From the NCBI RefSeq assembly GCF_009914755.1, contig NC_060935.1: a stretch of DNA of 64,000 bases. One strand, written 5' to 3'. This DNA is from the human T2T-CHM13v2.0 reference genome, Homo sapiens. This document shows, in pieces, positions 60,480 to 64,000 of this stretch. Position 1 is the stretch's first letter. Every line of letters begins with the position of its first letter. The position numbers and the translations under genes are program-made. Below the pieces are notes generated by a model that worked only from the letters and a program-made list of their open reading frames with translations, searched no databases and was not told the origin of the DNA.

Positions 60480-62499
60480 TCACGTCCTTGCCCTGGACAA
60501 GAAGTAGGAGAGGATGAAGAAGGCCACAATTAGACCCACGGCCATGCCACATAGAAGCTTCCGGTTGTCTTGTCCGGACCTTGCCATTGTGGAAAAGCGC
60601 TTCACGCTCCCTGTAAGCAGGCTGGTCATGCTTGTGAAATCCGAGTCCTAAGGGAGGAATCCCAGCAAGATCACACAGAAGTGGTGATTTGACCACCCAC
60701 CCGCACCAGTGCTGAAGGAGACACTGCAGGCTCTGCAGCAGGTAGTGCTAGGGCAGGGCACTGATACACGCACACCGTGGGCCCTTACCATGCCATCCAG
60801 GTACCGGTTCTGATCCTCTGCATCCCTATCGATGTCCAGGGCGAGCTGTTCAGCAGACAGAGAGGGCAGGGTTGGGCCAGAGCAGACACATAATACAGCA
60901 CTCACCCTCCCCAGACCAGATAAACCCTGCCAACAACTCTGCCAGACACAGTGGGGCTGCAGCAGACAGAAAGGTCCAGGTGTCAGCTGGGGCCTCATGC
61001 AGGTGAGCACAGCCACGAATTGGATGAGGATGGAAAACTGCCTGAAACTCCTCTGGGCCCTCTGCCCTCCCTCTGATCCCCATTCCCCAAAGGCACCAGG
61101 TGGAGGTAAGAGGACAGACCACCACTGACCGATTTGAGCCTGGTGACTTTGGAGGCCAGGCTGTCAGCCATTCGCTTGTTCTCCCGGTCTAGAATCTCTT
61201 CCACAGCGCCCGGGCTCTGAGCTGAGAAAAGAGAGGGGCTGAAGGGTTGCATCCATCGGTGAGCACGGCCCCTGACCCCTCTCACTCCAACCACATCTGG
61301 GTGAGTCAGAAATCTAGGGGGCCCTAACCAAGGTTCCAGCAGGTGAATCTTGCACATGAGACAGGCTGCATAAAGGACGATGTGTGTAAGGGCCTGTCAT
61401 GTGAACACATGTCCTGTGTACACATCAAGGTGGGGATGGGCAAGCACCCACAATGGGTTCGGTCCAACCAGCACCTTCTGAGACTGTGTAGCAAAAACTG
61501 GACCCAGCCCTGGGGTGCTAGTATGATGTGACACTTGCATCCAGGGAGGTCACCATCTGTGTATGTGGAGCCCATTCTTATAGAAAAAGAGTAAACTCTG
61601 CTAAGAGCATAGAAAAGACTTGGGAAAAGTACCCAGCAAGGCAGCAGAAAGGCTCCTGCAGAGACGACCTTTGAGCTAGGTCCTGAAGAGGTGGCAAGGA
61701 ACCAGGACAGAACATTGGGAAGGCCCTTTACCGCACAGAAAATGGCTGAGCAAAGTTCCCAATTTCCCCGAGACGGGAGCTGAGGTCGACCAGGAGCGGG
61801 ATCCTTGGTCTGCATCCCGCATGGGGCTTCCTGCAACACCCAGGGCAGAGTGCTCGCAGAGGCCTGGCCTGTGACAGGCTGGGCCAGGGGATAAGGAAGT
61901 TCTGTCACATCAGGTGCGTGAGAACCACCTCCTCCCTAGCTTCAGTGTCAGGAAGGGATGCCAGCGTCCTTCCAGCCACTTCATATTTATAAATTCCTTT
62001 AATCATCATAACACCTCACAGAGACAGGCATCAATATCCCACTTTGCAGACAAGAACACGGGCTCCAGGAGGGGAAATGGGGCCACCGAGGCCAAAGTAA
62101 GAGTCCTGCTTGGACACCAGCGGAGCACAGCCTCTACTCCTAGGGCCTGGCCTCGGGACCTGTCGAATGCCGACTCCCGCTCACCCCGAACCCATGCAGA
62201 ACGATCTCACAGGGGGCGGCGGGGAGTGGGGAGACCCCGCTGCTGCGCGACCCCTCGCTGGAGCTGCTGGGCCGCCACGCGCGCCTTCGGTCCTAACGGC
62301 AGTGCCGGCCGAAACCCGGCCCTGCTCGGACCCGGAAGGATCCGAATCCGCCCCCCTGACAGGGTCCTCTCGGCCGAGGTCACCCCAGCTGGGCCAGAGG
62401 CAGGCGCACGCGGCTCTACAGGCAGCGGCGTCGGTTTCGGCCCGGCCCTGCCCCCAACGGCTCCGCTCTCCCGCGCTCACCCCGAGCCCAGTCCGCCAT
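60480..62499 (-). CDS. BET1L: BET1-like Golgi SNARE (GS15), 111 aa, 4 coding exons
   Basis: Exons 62481-62499, 61130-61221, 60789-60845 and 60480-60647, all GT-AG: MADWARAQSPGAVEEILDRENKRMADSLASKVTRLKSLALDIDRDAEDQNRYLDGMDSDFTSMTSLLTGSVKRFSTMARSGQDNRKLLCGMAVGLIVAFFILSYFLSRART*. SNARE coiled coil plus C-terminal TM helix. Confidence 0.96.
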
Positions 62500-64000
62500 C
62501 GTGCCCTGCCCCGGCTCCTCGACGCGGACACCGACGCGGCCACAGCCGCCTCAGACGTGGCCACAGCCGCCTCAGACGTGGCGCAGTCGCGGGGAAAGGG
62601 CTTCCGGCCCCGCCCCCAGCTAGCGATGGCCCCGCCTCCGCACCGACCACGCCCCTAGATGGCCCAGCCCCTTCCGCTTCGGGCTCGCTGACTTCCGGCT
62701 TAGGGCCGAGGGTGGGGAACTGCCGGGCGCGGAAGCGATGGGCATATCTGTGGCTTATTTTCAGCACTGTCGCGCAGACAGTGGCGCGATCTCAGCTCAC
62801 TGCAGCCCCCGCCTGCCGGGCTCCCAAGGTGCTGGGATTACAGCAGCACCGCGGATGTGACGTTTGGTGTTCCTGTGAACGTGGGGCGGGGCGGGTCGTT
62901 TGCTTGCTCAGTGCCTAGACGATGGTGGTGGAAAGACGCTTCTGTGGGTTAGGTCCTAACGGTTAGGAAGGATTCACAGGCGGGTCATGAGGAAGGAGCA
63001 GACCCCTCGGGCAGAAGCCCGCGAGGAGCACTGGGTGTGGTGGGGGCAGGGGTGCCTCCTCTGTCAAGTGGAGATCGGCGCCTCGCTCGTGCCTGCGAGT
63101 GCGCGCCGCGTCGAATACAGCCGTACAGAACGCACTACAGGAAAGTGAAGCCGGGAGAGAGACTGGGAGGCGGCGCGGGGACTGGGGGCCGTAGACGCCT
63201 TTGCTCCCGGGCACTTGTTAGAAGAGCGAGTGGATCGCGCTTCCTGTGCGTCACTGAATCCTCATGACGGCCACTGAAACGGACACGCAGGATCTTTGCT
63301 TTTCAAGAGGGAACTGAGTCCAGGCCAGACTGGGTTGCTCCCCTTTCTCTCGGCCCCTCCACCTTTGCAAGTGCTGCTCCTTCTGCCTGGAGTGGCTCCT
63401 CCAGTCTTTTCCCGGCTCACTTCCCACCGTCCAGTGTCAGCAAAAACAGCACTTCCTCACAGCCCGTTGCAGCCCAGCAGTCGCCTTTTGCTTCTTTTGA
63501 AGCACAGCCCTGTGACCGCCTCGTGTCCTTTTGTTTTTCCTTGTCCCCCTTCCCCTCTGGAACATAAGCTCCACAAAGGCAGGGACCTGGGAATCCCGTT
63601 CGCCTGCATTCCCCAGCAAACGCCTAACGAACCCAATGGCCCAGGACTGAAAATTCCTTTCCACTTCGGCTTTCCCCTCTACATCCCATCGGTTCTGTGG
63701 AGCTCGAGGGGCGTCACTGTGTGTGTGGCAGGGCACGGTGGGGGCTGAGATCGTTTCCTGTTGGAACTTCTGGCCCAAGAAGCGCGGGTCACAAGGAGAG
63801 GGGTCAGTTCGGTTCAGAGCGACTCAGCCCCTCGACTCGGGTCTTAAAACCTCCGAGCCGCCAGTTCTGCCTCAGGCCGCGCCCCCTTAAAGCGCCACCA
63901 GACGCTGCGCCCCGTTAAAGCGCCACCAGACGCCGCGCCCCGTCCCGGCCTCCCCCGCGCGCTGGCGCGGGGCTTTCTGGGCCAGGGCGGGGCCGGCGAA
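62130..64000. promoter_or_regulatory. CpG island / probable bidirectional promoter (BET1L and the next gene, by synteny RIC8A, whose CDS lies beyond the window)
   Basis: Very high CpG density. GC boxes (CCCCGCCCC at ~62608, GGGGCGGGGC at ~62883). ETS-type CTTCCG/GGAAG motifs at 62670-62735. The RIC8A identity comes from remembered synteny only. Confidence 0.8.

Noticed and set aside
61914-62918. 334-aa + strand ORF and overlapping ORFs in the CpG island
   Set aside because: Stop-poor GC-rich sequence antisense to BET1L exon 1; low-complexity Arg/Pro/Gly/Ala content that includes an Alu-derived segment.
62700-64000. RIC8A coding sequence
   Set aside because: I found no recognisable RIC8A N-terminal coding exon in the window; only promoter/5' sequence can be inferred, from synteny.

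Overview
Human-type (Alu-rich primate) DNA that reads as the 11p15.5 subtelomere boundary, based on the gene order SCGB1C1 - ODF3/CIMAP1A - BET1L. The right 17 kb holds three intact spliced genes, which I reconstructed exon by exon: SCGB1C1 (+, 95 aa), ODF3/CIMAP1A (+, 254 aa) and BET1L (-, 111 aa). It also holds a solo HERV-K LTR5 with a 6-bp TSD, two VNTRs and a CpG-island promoter. The left 46 kb is a subtelomeric duplication mosaic. It contains an unprocessed GTF2I-like pseudogene fragment whose exons appear out of order, a 1.36-kb degenerate interstitial (CCCTAA)n tract, and a ~14.8-kb 63-bp satellite with exact higher-order structure and stop-free frames on both strands. It also contains a 49-bp VNTR, a truncated TAR1 (29/61-bp) block with CTCF-like motifs and a second short (CCCTAA)n tract. 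The giant ORFs in the ORF track are most likely a by-product of the 63-bp (21-codon) unit rather than genes. I found no clear evidence of a new protein-coding system. The most interesting signals are structural: the satellite's origin and higher-order repeats, stacked fossil telomere junctions, and the scrambled pseudogene exons. Repeat-family names come from recalled consensus similarity and need RepeatMasker/Dfam confirmation.
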